A stretch of 64,000 nucleotides of DNA from Bacteroidota bacterium (GCA_026391715.1 JAPLDO010000078.1:137712-201711), one strand, 5' to 3'; shown: positions 19,130-29,900, counted from the first letter of the stretch. Made by a program: numbers and translations. Notes: a model not told the origin generated them from the letters alone.

Positions 19130-20812
19130 ATGGCAAAACCAATTGATAGTAAGGTAATTTTCGTTACCACTTCCCCGAGAACACCAGCTAAAATGATTCC
19201 TGAAATTGGGTTATTAAACACTCACTTTTCATGTCAGCAATGGAATACAGAAACACAGAGGGCATTTATGGAACTATTGAGAGAGGAGAACTTTTTCAAT
19301 GGCGAAGGTGCAAATGACCCAGCATTTAGTGCAAGAGACAGAATAAACCGAGCTCCGAAAGCCCTTGGGTTCGTTGTTCTGTCCCCTACAATCCAACTAA
19401 CTCCAGCAGGTGTAGAGTTAGTAAACTCAAGAAGAAAAGAGGAAATATTTGTAAGGCAGTTGCTAAAGTTTCAGGTTCCTTCGCCTTACCACAAACCAAC
19501 TGAAAATTCGGCTGAATTTTGGGTAAAGCCATATCTTGAATTATTCCGTCTCATTAGACACTTTGGTTCTTTGAAGTTTGATGAGTTGATGATTTTCGGA
19601 TTGCAGTTAGTTGACTACAGAGAATTTGATACAATAGTTGAAAAAATTGACCAATTCAGAATCGCAAAAGCACAGAATGAGGGAAACTACAAGCGATTTC
19701 GTGCTGAATATTTGGAAAGCGAACTAAGAGAAATTTACAGTGCTGATATAATTTCAGGAAACACACGAACAAGAGAAACGAATGATTCTTCGATTGTAAA
19801 ATTTCTTAGCATAAAAGCAAGCAATATGCGAGACTATGCTGATGCTTGTTTTCGATATTTAAGGGCAACAGGATTGGTAAATATTTCACATTTAGGCAAA
19901 TCTATTTCAATTGTTTCTGAAAAAATCCAAGAGGTAGATTTCTTTTTGCAAAATACTGATAGAGAACCATGTTTTATTGACAATGAGGGACAATATGTTG
20001 CATACCTTGGTAATCCTCAACTTCCAATATTATTAACAGATAACAGGGAATTACTTGAACAAAGAATAAGTACAGAATTTCCACAAATTCAAATACCTGC
20101 AACTGCAACATTACTTGAACTCAAAACCATATTTGCTGACGAATTAGAGATTCGAAAAGAACAAATTATTACAGAACAAGTTGCGGCAATAAAGGACTAC
20201 CGACAATTTGAGGAAATAAACACAACCTTTGACCAGATACTTGGCAAATCTCTTTACGACACGCCATTAATGTTAGAGTGGAACACTTGGCGAGCAATGA
20301 CAATGTTGGACGGTGGGAACATTAAAGCGAACCTAAAATTTGATGACTTTGGTAATCCAATGTCAACAGCGCAGGGCAATATGGCTGATATTGTTTGCGA
20401 TTATGAAGACTTTGGATTAACTGTTGAAGTAACGATGCAAGGCGGCCAAAAGCAATATGAAACAGAAGGAGAACCTGTAACAAGACACCTTGCCAAAGTG
20501 AAAAGAGAGACGAATAAACCAGCGTATTGCTTGTTTATAGCCCCGAAAATTAATGAGGCCTGTATCGCATATTTTTACACTTTATACAAAACGAATATAA
20601 GCTACTATGGGGGCGCTTCGACAATTGTACCATTGCCATTGACCGTTTTTATTAAAATGGTTGAGGACTCATACAATGCAAGTTATGTTCCCGAACCGAG
20701 ACACATTCAACGTTTTTTTGAACGTTCAAACGAATTGGCAAACTCGACAGACAACGAAGTAGATTGGTATAACGGAATAACACAAGAAGCATTAAATTGG
20801 TTGACAGATTGA
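19130..20812 (+). CDS. putative type II restriction endonuclease (possibly AlwI-like family)
   Basis: A 560-aa ORF begins 7 nt after the methyltransferase in the same AT-rich block. The N-terminal TSPRTPAKMIPE...FSARDRINRAPKALGF resembles AlwI-family enzymes from memory only. Confidence 0.5.
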   Translation: MAKPIDSKVIFVTTSPRTPAKMIPEIGLLNTHFSCQQWNTETQRAFMELLREENFFNGEGANDPAFSARDRINRAPKALGFVVLSPTIQLTPAGVELVNSRRKEEIFVRQLLKFQVPSPYHKPTENSAEFWVKPYLELFRLIRHFGSLKFDELMIFGLQLVDYREFDTIVEKIDQFRIAKAQNEGNYKRFRAEYLESELREIYSADIISGNTRTRETNDSSIVKFLSIKASNMRDYADACFRYLRATGLVNISHLGKSISIVSEKIQEVDFFLQNTDREPCFIDNEGQYVAYLGNPQLPILLTDNRELLEQRISTEFPQIQIPATATLLELKTIFADELEIRKEQIITEQVAAIKDYRQFEEINTTFDQILGKSLYDTPLMLEWNTWRAMTMLDGGNIKANLKFDDFGNPMSTAQGNMADIVCDYEDFGLTVEVTMQGGQKQYETEGEPVTRHLAKVKRETNKPAYCLFIAPKINEACIAYFYTLYKTNISYYGGASTIVPLPLTVFIKMVEDSYNASYVPEPRHIQRFFERSNELANSTDNEVDWYNGITQEALNWLTD

Positions 20813-20820
20813 AAAAGGGC

Positions 20821-20952
20821 GAACGGCTAACAAAGGCTATATGCAATAAGGGTTTCAGTGGTAATTCAAGCATTCTGCCCCGCATAAAATTTTGTGTCAG
20901 TGGACAGGTTTGTAGCCCGCAATCCCTTACTGCATATAGCCTCAACCGTTAG
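20821..20952. repeat. long imperfect inverted repeat / stem-loop
   Basis: GGCTATATGCAATAAGGG (20835-20852) pairs with CCCTTACTGCATATAGCC (20924-20941) at 17 of 18 positions. An outer AACGG/CCGTT pairing extends it, and about 70 nt are enclosed. Confidence 0.7.
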
Positions 20953-20962
20953 ATTTTAGATT

Positions 20963-21283
20963 ATGATTGCGATGACCCAGATAAATGATATTGTTGCACG
21001 GATTGCCACCAGGTTTAATCCCGATAAAATTATTTTGTTCGGTTCTTATGCTGTTGGAAATCCAAATAGTGACAGCGATTTAGATTTGCTTATCATTCAA
21101 GAAACGGATCTCCCACGCCATAAACGAAGTTTTGATATTCAGAAAGCGCTGATAGGCTCAAAGATACCGATGGATATAATTGTTTTTACCAACAAAGAAT
21201 TTGAGCAAGGGCAGAAAGAAAAATTTTCATTTATCAGTAACGCTATTAAAACATCAAAAATTCTTTATGAACGTGAAAATTGA
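20963..21283 (+). CDS. nucleotidyltransferase-domain protein (MNT-type antitoxin)
   Basis: Has the minimal nucleotidyltransferase motif GSYAVGNPNSDSDLDLL. Confidence 0.8.
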   Translation: MIAMTQINDIVARIATRFNPDKIILFGSYAVGNPNSDSDLDLLIIQETDLPRHKRSFDIQKALIGSKIPMDIIVFTNKEFEQGQKEKFSFISNAIKTSKILYEREN

Positions 21284-21419
21284 GTTTATTAAAGAATGGA
21301 TTGATAAGGCAGACCATGATTTGGGATCTGCTAAATTAATTTTTACTCATCTTCCAAACTATTATGATACGATAGCATTCCATTGCCAGCAAGCTGTTGA
21401 AAAATACATAAAGGTATAA
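21267..21419 (+). pseudogene. truncated HEPN-domain gene
   Basis: MNVKIEFIKEWIDKADHDLGSAKLI...FHCQQAVEKYIKV stops after about 50 aa, before where the Rx4-6H motif would lie. It overlaps the MNT stop by 17 nt, as in MNT-HEPN pairs. Confidence 0.5.
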
Positions 21420-21447
21420 TTGAAAAATAATTGAACTACAAATATCT

Positions 21448-22647
21448 ATGAATATTCTCGTTTTAAATTGCGGAAGCTCGTCCATTAAGTATCAGCTTTT
21501 CAACATTGATAATCAGCGCCTTCTCGCTAAAGGAGTAGTAGAGAAAGTTGGGCTGAAAGGATCTTTTCTCAAACATGAAAAACCAAATGGCGATAAAGTG
21601 CGCCTTGAAGGAGAGGTAATTGATCATCAAACCGGGATCGAATATGTACTCGGGGTTCTGATAAGCAAAGAACACGGTTGCATAAATTCACTCAATGAAA
21701 TAGAAGCCGTTGGACACCGTATGGTACATGGCGGCGAGCGTTTTCAGGAGAGTTGTCTGATTACCGAAGATACTATCAGAGATTTCAAAGCCTGTATTCC
21801 ATTGGCGCCACTTCATAATCCGGCAAACCTGAAAGGCGTATTTGCCATGCAGCACCTCCTTCCGGAAGTTCCGCAGGTTGGGGTTTTTGATACCGCTTTC
21901 CATCAAACAATGCCGCCTCATGCCTATATGTATGCCATTCCATACTCCCTGTATAAAAAATATGGGATTCGCCGGTACGGGTTTCATGGCACAAGCCACT
22001 ATTTTGTCGCCCGAAGATCTTGCGAAATTTTGGAAGTTCCAATGAATTCGATGAAAATTATCACCTGCCATCTGGGAAACGGATCATCCATGACTGCAAT
22101 TAAAAACGGAAAATCGGTTGATACCTCCATGGGACTCACCCCGGTTGAAGGATTGATTATGGGAACCCGCTCAGGCGACATGGATCTTGGCGTATTCACC
22201 TTCATCATGGAAAAGGAAGAGTTGAATATCAACGTTGCCAATACTCTCGTCAATAAACACAGCGGAATGTTGGGTATCACGGGAGTATCATCCGATATGC
22301 GCGAAATTGAAAAAGAGGCAGACGCAGGAAACGAAAGGGCAATCCTCGGACTTGAGATGTTCCGTTACCGGATTAAAAAATATATTGGTTCTTACGCCGC
22401 AGCTCTCGGCGGAATAGATATCCTGATTTTTACCGGCGGCATTGGCGAAAATGACCCTGTTACGCGCGAAGTCTGTTGTAGCGGGATGGAATTTCTGGGA
22501 ATTGAATTCGACAGCGAAAAAAATGCAGGAGTAAGAAGTAAAGAGATATTGCTGAGTAAACCATCATCAAAGGTGAAGGTGATGACCATTCCAACCAACG
22601 AGGAGTTGGTAATTGCCGAACATACATACCGGATTGTTTCAGCTTAA
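21448..22647 (+). CDS. ackA: acetate kinase
   Basis: Has the N-terminal [24 protein letters not shown] and the TCHLGNGSS motifs. Confidence 0.95.
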   Translation: MNILVLNCGSSSIKYQLFNIDNQRLLAKGVVEKVGLKGSFLKHEKPNGDKVRLEGEVIDHQTGIEYVLGVLISKEHGCINSLNEIEAVGHRMVHGGERFQESCLITEDTIRDFKACIPLAPLHNPANLKGVFAMQHLLPEVPQVGVFDTAFHQTMPPHAYMYAIPYSLYKKYGIRRYGFHGTSHYFVARRSCEILEVPMNSMKIITCHLGNGSSMTAIKNGKSVDTSMGLTPVEGLIMGTRSGDMDLGVFTFIMEKEELNINVANTLVNKHSGMLGITGVSSDMREIEKEADAGNERAILGLEMFRYRIKKYIGSYAAALGGIDILIFTGGIGENDPVTREVCCSGMEFLGIEFDSEKNAGVRSKEILLSKPSSKVKVMTIPTNEELVIAEHTYRIVSA

Positions 22648-22658
22648 ATTATTATATT

Positions 22659-24164
22659 ATGACGTCAGGATTCACAGAACAGGAAACCATCCGCAGAAAT
22701 TCGCTGAACGAACTTATAAAACTGGGGATAAACCCTTTTCCCCCTGAAACCTTTGAGGTGAACGCGAGGGCTGCGGAGATAAAGCACCATTTCCCGGAAG
22801 ATAACACGCTTTACCAGCAGGCGAGTATTGCCGGGCGAATTATGAGCAGACGGATCATGGGCGCGGCTTCGTTCGTTGAACTACAGGATGAAAGCGGTCG
22901 TATCCAGCTTTATATGAAACGGGATGACATCTGCCCCGGTGAGGATAAAACGATGTACAACACCGTATTCAAAAAACTGCTCGACATCGGCGACATCATC
23001 GGGGTTACCGGTTTCGTGTTCATTACCCAGATGGGAGAGATAACCATCCACGTCAGAACCCTTACGCTGTTAACGAAATCGCTCCGTCCGCTGCCTATCG
23101 TGAAGGAGAAGGAGAACGAGGTTTTCGACGCCTTTACCGATCCCGAACAACGCTACCGCCAGCGGTATGTTGACATGATTGTAAACCCGGAAGTGCGGGA
23201 AGTGTTCGTGAAACGCAACATCCTGATTAATTCGATGCGCAACTATCTGAATGTAAAAAATTATCTCGAAGTTGAAACGCCGGTGCTGCAACCTCTCTAT
23301 GGAGGCGCGGCGGCGAGACCGTTCAAGACATATCATAACACCCTCGATATGACCCTTTACCTCCGAATCGCCAACGAGCTTTATCTGAAAAGGCTGATAG
23401 TTGGCGGTTACGATGGGGTTTATGAATTTTCGAAGGATTTCCGCAACGAGGGCATGGATCGTTTCCATAATCCCGAATTTACCCAGATGGAGCTTTATGT
23501 AGCTTATAAGGATTATGAATGGATGATGAATCTGGTTGAGGAGATGGTTGAAAAGATCGCCCTCGATTTGCACGGTACAACCCTTGTAACGGTGGGAGAT
23601 AACCTGATTGATTTCAAACGCCCGTGGAAGCGGTTTACAATGTTCGAAGCCATCAAACATTTTACCGGGATTGACATTGACGGCAAAAATGAGGAAGAAC
23701 TTGGCAACATTGCGCGAGAGCTGCATGTTCCAATTGACCGGACAATGGCAAAGGGTAAAATCATTGATCAGATTTTCGGCGAAAAGTGTGAGCCTTTTCT
23801 AATCCAGCCAACATTTATCACCGATTATCCGGTGGAAATGTCGCCGCTTGCTAAGAAACATCGCAGCAAGCCCGGACTCGTGGAGCGTTTCGAGGCAATA
23901 TGCAATGGCAAGGAGCTTTGCAATGCTTTTTCGGAGCTGAACGACCCCATTGACCAGCGCGAACGGTTTGCCGCGCAACTTGAGCTTGGCAAAAGGGGCG
24001 ACGATGAGTCAATGGCTCTTGATGAAGATTTCCTCCGGGCTCTCGAATTTGGAATGCCGCCTACCGCCGGGCTGGGTATCGGCATAGACCGGTTAACCAT
24101 GATCATGACTAACTCGGCTTCGATTCAGGATGTACTCTTTTTCCCACAGATGAGGGCGGGATAA
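22659..24164 (+). CDS. lysS: lysine--tRNA ligase (class II)
   Basis: Has an OB-fold N-terminus and class II motifs ([39 protein letters not shown]). Confidence 0.95.
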   Translation: MTSGFTEQETIRRNSLNELIKLGINPFPPETFEVNARAAEIKHHFPEDNTLYQQASIAGRIMSRRIMGAASFVELQDESGRIQLYMKRDDICPGEDKTMYNTVFKKLLDIGDIIGVTGFVFITQMGEITIHVRTLTLLTKSLRPLPIVKEKENEVFDAFTDPEQRYRQRYVDMIVNPEVREVFVKRNILINSMRNYLNVKNYLEVETPVLQPLYGGAAARPFKTYHNTLDMTLYLRIANELYLKRLIVGGYDGVYEFSKDFRNEGMDRFHNPEFTQMELYVAYKDYEWMMNLVEEMVEKIALDLHGTTLVTVGDNLIDFKRPWKRFTMFEAIKHFTGIDIDGKNEEELGNIARELHVPIDRTMAKGKIIDQIFGEKCEPFLIQPTFITDYPVEMSPLAKKHRSKPGLVERFEAICNGKELCNAFSELNDPIDQRERFAAQLELGKRGDDESMALDEDFLRALEFGMPPTAGLGIGIDRLTMIMTNSASIQDVLFFPQMRAG

Positions 24165-24325
24165 TGTTCCCGACCCCATCCCCAAAATAATATCGCTAAC
24201 ATGGCGCGCTTGATCCAGGTGGAATTTCCAAAACCTTGCTTTCAAGGCTTGATAAACCTTGGCGTCCTCTCGTTTTTTTCCTGGAATTTGAAACCTGGAA
24301 CCTGGAACTTATAAATTGCGCAGTT

Positions 24326-25189
24326 TTATCCCGTTTTGAGTGCATCCAAAAACTTTCTAATCTTATTGACCGGTGCAATTACTAATCTATTCGCCAATTT
24401 CCATGTCATTGAATCATAAATTTTTTTTAATTCTGATTCGACTTCAGCAGATCTGATTTTCAACCGGCTATTTTCACTTTTCAGCCATTCTTTTTCCTTT
24501 TCAAGGTCGCCGATATATGAATAGTTCGTATTAATGGTTTCGCTCATGTTGTTCATTATCCAGTTTTTTAATTCTAATAAACCAGGGTGAACCAGGTTGA
24601 ATGGTGGTTTAACATTCATGAACGGAACGGGAATGCCTTTTTTAATCGCGATAACCATGTTTTGCTTATACCACCAGTCTACGTTTTCATTGTTCCAGAA
24701 AAGTGGGCGTATTTCATCGGTGAAAACATAATCATGCTCCGCAAACTTTGATTCCCAATAACCGATCCATTGTTCATTGAGGTGGTTCTGGCCACCCTGG
24801 TTTGGGATTGCCGCAGAAAAAATAATTATATCGCTCAGTTTTGTCAGGGATTCAATAAAACGATCAGCGGAAGCAGATGAAATATGCTCAGCTACTTCAA
24901 GAGAGATTGCAAGATCAAATTTTCTGCTGATTCCGAATTCTTCTTCGAGGTCTGTCAGTAAAACCTCGTTTCTGTTAATCGCCAGCAGAGTTGTGTCGAG
25001 GTGATTCCCATCAATGCCAAGAATCTCCTTTGCTCCATTCAGTTTGAAAACATTGAGCCAGGTTCCAAGTCCGCAACCAACATCTACTACGCTATTTGGG
25101 TGAAACCATTCCATGAGAACAGGAACTATCTCTTCTGCCGCGCGTGTGTTGTGAATTTCGACAGTATGGATATATTTGTTATTTTCCAT
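24326..25189 (-). CDS. class I SAM-dependent methyltransferase with coiled-coil tail
   Basis: Has SAM motif I (VVDVGCGLGTW) and a C-terminal charged helical segment. Confidence 0.7.
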   Translation of the reverse strand: MENNKYIHTVEIHNTRAAEEIVPVLMEWFHPNSVVDVGCGLGTWLNVFKLNGAKEILGIDGNHLDTTLLAINRNEVLLTDLEEEFGISRKFDLAISLEVAEHISSASADRFIESLTKLSDIIIFSAAIPNQGGQNHLNEQWIGYWESKFAEHDYVFTDEIRPLFWNNENVDWWYKQNMVIAIKKGIPVPFMNVKPPFNLVHPGLLELKNWIMNNMSETINTNYSYIGDLEKEKEWLKSENSRLKIRSAEVESELKKIYDSMTWKLANRLVIAPVNKIRKFLDALKTG

Positions 25190-25526
25190 TTTATAACCCG
25201 ATTATATATTTGCTTTTTTTTACATTTTGTTAAACCAATCAGGAAATTCGGCTGCTTCATCAAAAAACCGAACTTGAAGTGGTTAAATCATATTTCAAAG
25301 TTTTTGCAAAGGTCATTGCTTCTGTATTAGGAAACCAATAATTTTTTGAATGAATTTTGGATTTGCCGGTAAAAATTTAGCGTTTTTTCAAAATCTGCGC
25401 CAATGAAAAGGTCATTGATTCTGAAAGAACCATTTTTTGGATGAAAAGAAGGTAAGAATGCCTAATTTTGCACACAGGGTCATAATTTGACCAGGGTCAT
25501 ATTGTATTAAATCTAAAAAAATAAAG

Positions 25527-25760
25527 ATGAATAGTATCTTATTAAGTCTATGGAGTTTGCCGCTATTGTCAGTCAATCTGAATATTTTAGCCTATATTGA
25601 TCCGGGAACAGGCAGTATTATTTTACAGGCTCTGGTAGCAAGCGTTGTTGGCGCGGCCATCGCGGTCAAATTATTCTGGCACCGCATTCTGAAGTTTTTC
25701 GGACTAAGAAAAGGCGTAAGCGCCGATCCTTCAGAAAAGCAGGGTGAGAACAAAAAATGA
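25527..25760 (+). CDS. small membrane protein (YIDPGTGS motif)
   Basis: A 77-aa ORF with one or two TM segments. Its stop overlaps the start of the YidC-like gene (ATGA at 25757). Confidence 0.45.
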   Translation: MNSILLSLWSLPLLSVNLNILAYIDPGTGSIILQALVASVVGAAIAVKLFWHRILKFFGLRKGVSADPSEKQGENKK

Positions 25761-26542
25761 TAACTCCGATTCCCTTGATTTCGATTATTCCTGGTTTTAT
25801 TCATCTCAATTCACTGCTTTTTTCCGGTATCTGGGTCTGGATGGAATGGATTTGCATGGGATTACTCTGGTTGCTTACCATCATTCATTCCATAATTCCA
25901 AACTGGGGGTTGTCCATCATCTTTCTGGCGTTGGTGGTGCGTATAATTTTGTACCCTCTCTCGATGAAGGCAATGAAAAGTCAACTACTATTTGTCGCCG
26001 CACAAAAAAATATGCTGCCAGAGCTTAAAGAGATCAAAGCAAACTATAAAGGCGGGGAGCAGAGCGAAAGAATTCTCCAGCTATATAAAACCCATCATGT
26101 AAGCCCGGTTGCCGGGCTGAAACCACTGGGTATCGTACTAATACAACTTCCAATTCTTATAGCTCTTTTTCATGTACTTGGCGCTGCGGATGAATTACGC
26201 GACGCCAGTTTTTTGTGGATTGATTCACTGTCTCAACCTGACAAACTTTTTTCTTTCGGCTTCACTATTCCTTTTCTGGGAAACTATTTTAATATTCTTC
26301 CTATTCTGATGGCAGTTTTTACTCTATTGTCATTCAAGTTAGCGCCGGCTCCGGTAGCAGAAAAAAAGGAACAAAGTGTTCAGAATATTTTTCTGATCGC
26401 TATGACGCTGATGTTTTTCTTTTTATTCTATTCCTTCCCGGCAGGCATGGTTTTATACTGGACTTTTGCAAATATTTTTCATATTATCCAGTATCAAATC
26501 ATGGTTAGGAACCAGAAAAGTGGAAGCGGAAATACAGAATGA
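25757..26542 (+). CDS. short YidC/Oxa1-family membrane insertase
   Basis: Has the core motif LSIIFLALVVRIILYPLSMKAMKS, a later PILIALF helix and a C-terminal YWTFANIFHIIQ. It lacks the large periplasmic domain of canonical Gram-negative YidC. Confidence 0.7.
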   Translation: MITPIPLISIIPGFIHLNSLLFSGIWVWMEWICMGLLWLLTIIHSIIPNWGLSIIFLALVVRIILYPLSMKAMKSQLLFVAAQKNMLPELKEIKANYKGGEQSERILQLYKTHHVSPVAGLKPLGIVLIQLPILIALFHVLGAADELRDASFLWIDSLSQPDKLFSFGFTIPFLGNYFNILPILMAVFTLLSFKLAPAPVAEKKEQSVQNIFLIAMTLMFFFLFYSFPAGMVLYWTFANIFHIIQYQIMVRNQKSGSGNTE

Positions 26543-26580
26543 ACTAATCCGTTGAAGACCAAATAAAGCATATCATTTTT

Positions 26581-27801
26581 CTACTCGTACCTCAACGCAT
26601 CAATCGGGTTCAACCCCGCAGCTTTACGCGCAGGATACCAACCAAAAAAGATTCCGATAGCGGAGGAGAAGATGAACGACATGAGGATGGATTGAATGGT
26701 TATGGTAACAGGCCAACTGAGAATGTTGGCAATAAGCTGCGAAACCAAAACGCCGAGAGTTACTCCTATAAAACCTCCAAGCAGGCTGATAAGCAAAGCT
26801 TCGATGAGAAATTGAAGCAAAACATCGCGTCCACGCGCGCCAACACTCATGCGAATCCCTATTTCCCTGGTGCGTTCCGTTACCGAAACAAGCATAATGT
26901 TCATAATGCCGATTCCCCCCACAAGCAATGAAATACTTGCAATAGTGGCAAGAAGGATAGTGAGAATGCCCGATGTTGCAGTTGCCGCATTTGCAATATC
27001 GGTTTGGGTGCGGATAGTAAAATCAGGGTCTTCCGAAGGTCCAAGGTTGTGTTTGGCTTTAAGCACATCTGTAATTTCCTGCGAAGCGGCAGCGATTTGC
27101 GGTTCAGATTTGGCTGATGCAAGCATACTTTGAATGTAAGTTATTGCCATCATTCGTTTCTGAACCGTAGAAAACGGAGCAATCACCATGTCATCCTGAT
27201 CCTGCCCAAAGGCATTTTGTCCTTTTTTCTCGGTGACGCCGATAATCTTAAATGGAATTTTGTTGATGCGGATAAAGCTGCCCACCGGATCGGCGTCGGA
27301 GCCGAAAAGATTAGTCACAACGGTTTGTCCGACTACGCAAACTTTTGTTGCGCTGCGGTCGTCGTTCATTGTGAAAAGGTTGCCATTGGACAGATTAAGG
27401 TTTCTTATTTCAAAGTAATTCGGATAAACGCCATAAACGGAGGTGCGCCAGTTCATGTTACCGTTTACCAATTGCCCGCTGCTTCGCACCTGCGGAGTTA
27501 CATAAGCCACTGATGGACAGCGATCGGCTATTGCCGTAACATCTTCAAGAGTCATTTTCTGCGACGATCCTGCCTCCTGGCGAACCCCGCCGGCGCTGCT
27601 TGCCTGGGGCCAGATCATCAGGACGTTGGTTCCAAGCGTAGATATCTGCGCCTGAATGCTCTGCTTCGACCCCTGACCGATAGCGAGCATTGCTATTACC
27701 GAAGCTACGCCGATGATGATGCCGAGCATGGTCAGAAAAGTTCGCATTTTGTTTTTAGCGAGCGAACGTAAAGCCGCAATTAAAAGATTTTTTACCTTCA
27801 T
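26581..27801 (-). CDS. ABC transporter permease, MacB/FtsX type
   Basis: Has an N-terminal TM, a large periplasmic domain and a C-terminal FtsX-like 3-TM bundle (REIGIRMSVGARGRDVLLQFL). Confidence 0.9.
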   Translation of the reverse strand: MKVKNLLIAALRSLAKNKMRTFLTMLGIIIGVASVIAMLAIGQGSKQSIQAQISTLGTNVLMIWPQASSAGGVRQEAGSSQKMTLEDVTAIADRCPSVAYVTPQVRSSGQLVNGNMNWRTSVYGVYPNYFEIRNLNLSNGNLFTMNDDRSATKVCVVGQTVVTNLFGSDADPVGSFIRINKIPFKIIGVTEKKGQNAFGQDQDDMVIAPFSTVQKRMMAITYIQSMLASAKSEPQIAAASQEITDVLKAKHNLGPSEDPDFTIRTQTDIANAATATSGILTILLATIASISLLVGGIGIMNIMLVSVTERTREIGIRMSVGARGRDVLLQFLIEALLISLLGGFIGVTLGVLVSQLIANILSWPVTITIQSILMSFIFSSAIGIFFGWYPARKAAGLNPIDALRYE

Positions 27802-28553
27802 ACTTCATCCTCCTCAACCATAACAGGCATGTTTGCCAGCTCATCCATGGCATTCCTCGGTTTATCAACTTCAATTGCTTTGATTATCCTGCCATCGCGA
27901 AATGTGATATTCCGTTTAGTAAAGGCAGCGATATCAGATTCATGTGTAACAATTACGATGGTGATCCCCTTGTGATTGAGCTTCTGGAAAATGCCCATCA
28001 CTTCAATACTGGTGCGGGTATCGAGATTCCCGGTAGGTTCATCGGCGAGAATGACTACGGGATCGTTTACCAAAGAACGCGCAATAGCTACCCTTTGCTG
28101 CTCGCCGCCCGAAAGCTGGTTGGGGAAATGGTGAGCGCGGTCGGCAAGACCTACGGCTTCGAGAGCATTCAGTGAACGTTCGCGCATTTCACGGGAGGCG
28201 ATCTTCTTGTTGTACATCAACGGCAGTTCAACATTTTCGAGCGCTGACGTGCGCGATAAGAGGTTGAACGACTGGAAAACAAATCCGATTTTATGATTTC
28301 TCAGATTGGCAAGTTGATCCTTGGTGAGACTGCTCACGTCCACATCGTCGAGCAGATATTGACCGCGGGTAGGCACGTCGAGGCAGCCGATGATATTCAT
28401 AAATGTTGACTTGCCGGATCCGCTTTTGCCCATGATTGCTACGAAATCATCCTTCATTATGTCAACATTGACCCCCCGGAGAGCATGCACTTCCACATCT
28501 CCCATTTTATAAACCTTCACCAGTGACTTGACTGAAATAATTGCCTTCCCCAT
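27798..28553 (-). CDS. ABC transporter ATP-binding protein (MacB/LolD-like)
   Basis: Has Walker A (GKSGSGKST), signature ([14 protein letters not shown]) and Walker B (ILADEPT). Confidence 0.95.
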   Translation of the reverse strand: MGKAIISVKSLVKVYKMGDVEVHALRGVNVDIMKDDFVAIMGKSGSGKSTFMNIIGCLDVPTRGQYLLDDVDVSSLTKDQLANLRNHKIGFVFQSFNLLSRTSALENVELPLMYNKKIASREMRERSLNALEAVGLADRAHHFPNQLSGGEQQRVAIARSLVNDPVVILADEPTGNLDTRTSIEVMGIFQKLNHKGITIVIVTHESDIAAFTKRNITFRDGRIIKAIEVDKPRNAMDELANMPVMVEEDEV

Positions 28554-28555
28554 AA

Positions 28556-29899
28556 TTAATGTCCTCCTCTGCCGCTACTGCCGCCTCTTTGCATCTGAGG
28601 CGCAAACGGATTTTGTTGCTGCTGCTGATTGGTCTGGGCGGTTTGCGTTGTAGTCATGCTGAGAATAACTTCCTCGCCTTCCTCAATTTTTCCGCGCACT
28701 TCGGTATTCAATCCATCGGATATTCCTGTGCGTACCCGGCGCGGTTTAATGGAATCGCCTGTTTTGACCCAAACCATGCCAAAATTTCCGCGCCGCTGAT
28801 GGTCGCCGCCTCCCATAGCGCCCTGCATACCGCCTCCCTGCATACCGCCGCCAGCCATTCTCCCCGACATTCCACCCTGTCCGCCGGAACTTCCGGAACC
28901 GCCGCGTCCGCCTTCTTTATTCCATTTTTCACGTTTCTTTTTGATTGAATCGGGAAGGCTTTTCTCCATGGCGTCAAGGTATTCCTGCGGCGGAGTGAAT
29001 CGCAATGCCGTGGCTGGAACTTTTAAAATATCTTTCTCCTCCTGAACCATTACGGTAATGTTGGCGGTCATTCCGGGCAATAACTTCAGATCAGGATTGG
29101 GAACATCAATGATAACTGTATAATTCACCACATTCTGAGTAACCACTGGCTGGAGCCTCACCTGGCGCACGGTTCCGTCGAAGGTCATATCGGAGTATGC
29201 ATCCACGGTAAACTTGACGGTTTGATCTACTTTGATTTTTCCGATATCGCCTTCGTCAATATTTGCCTGAACCTGCATTTTTGTTAAGTCGTTAGCAATG
29301 GTAAACATAGTTGGCGTGCTGAAACTTGCCGCCACGGTTTGCCCCACATCAACGGCGCGCGAAACCACCACCCCTGAAATGGGTGCAATTATAGTGGCGT
29401 AGCGGAGGTTAATTCTGGAACGGTTAAGCGCCGATTGCGACGTTATAGCATTGGCAACTGCCGTTTCATACGTTGTAAGCGCGAGGTCGTAATCGGCTTG
29501 CGCCATTACCTTTTGATCGAACAAAACCTTCGTGCGATCATAGTCGCGCTTTGCCTGGTTTACCTGGATTTCCGATTTTTTCAACGACGCTTTCGCATCT
29601 TCCACAGCCTGAGCAAGCAGGGTAGTATCGAGAACGGCGATAATCTGCCCCTCTTTAACCACTGAATTAAAATCAACATATATCTTTTTAATAATTCCCG
29701 AAACCTGCGTTCCAACCAGCACTGTTGTAACAGCCTGTAACGTTCCGCTTGCTCTGACTGTAAGCTGGATATCGCCCTTTTCCACCTTGGCTGTCCTGTA
29801 TTCAACAACGCCGGCTTTTGTCTTTCCAAATATCAACCACCCGGCAATACCTGCTGCCACAACAACCACTGCCAAAATAATCCAATATGTCTTTTTCAT
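28556..29899 (-). CDS. efflux periplasmic adaptor (HlyD/MacA family) with Gly/Met-rich insertion
   Basis: Has a TM anchor, lipoyl/hairpin/beta-barrel adaptor layout (ATIIAPISGVV) and a low-complexity segment (GGRGGSGSSGGQGGMSGRMAGGGMQGGGMQGAMGGG). Confidence 0.9.
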   Translation of the reverse strand: MKKTYWIILAVVVVAAGIAGWLIFGKTKAGVVEYRTAKVEKGDIQLTVRASGTLQAVTTVLVGTQVSGIIKKIYVDFNSVVKEGQIIAVLDTTLLAQAVEDAKASLKKSEIQVNQAKRDYDRTKVLFDQKVMAQADYDLALTTYETAVANAITSQSALNRSRINLRYATIIAPISGVVVSRAVDVGQTVAASFSTPTMFTIANDLTKMQVQANIDEGDIGKIKVDQTVKFTVDAYSDMTFDGTVRQVRLQPVVTQNVVNYTVIIDVPNPDLKLLPGMTANITVMVQEEKDILKVPATALRFTPPQEYLDAMEKSLPDSIKKKREKWNKEGGRGGSGSSGGQGGMSGRMAGGGMQGGGMQGAMGGGDHQRRGNFGMVWVKTGDSIKPRRVRTGISDGLNTEVRGKIEEGEEVILSMTTTQTAQTNQQQQQNPFAPQMQRGGSSGRGGH

Positions 29900-29900
29900 C

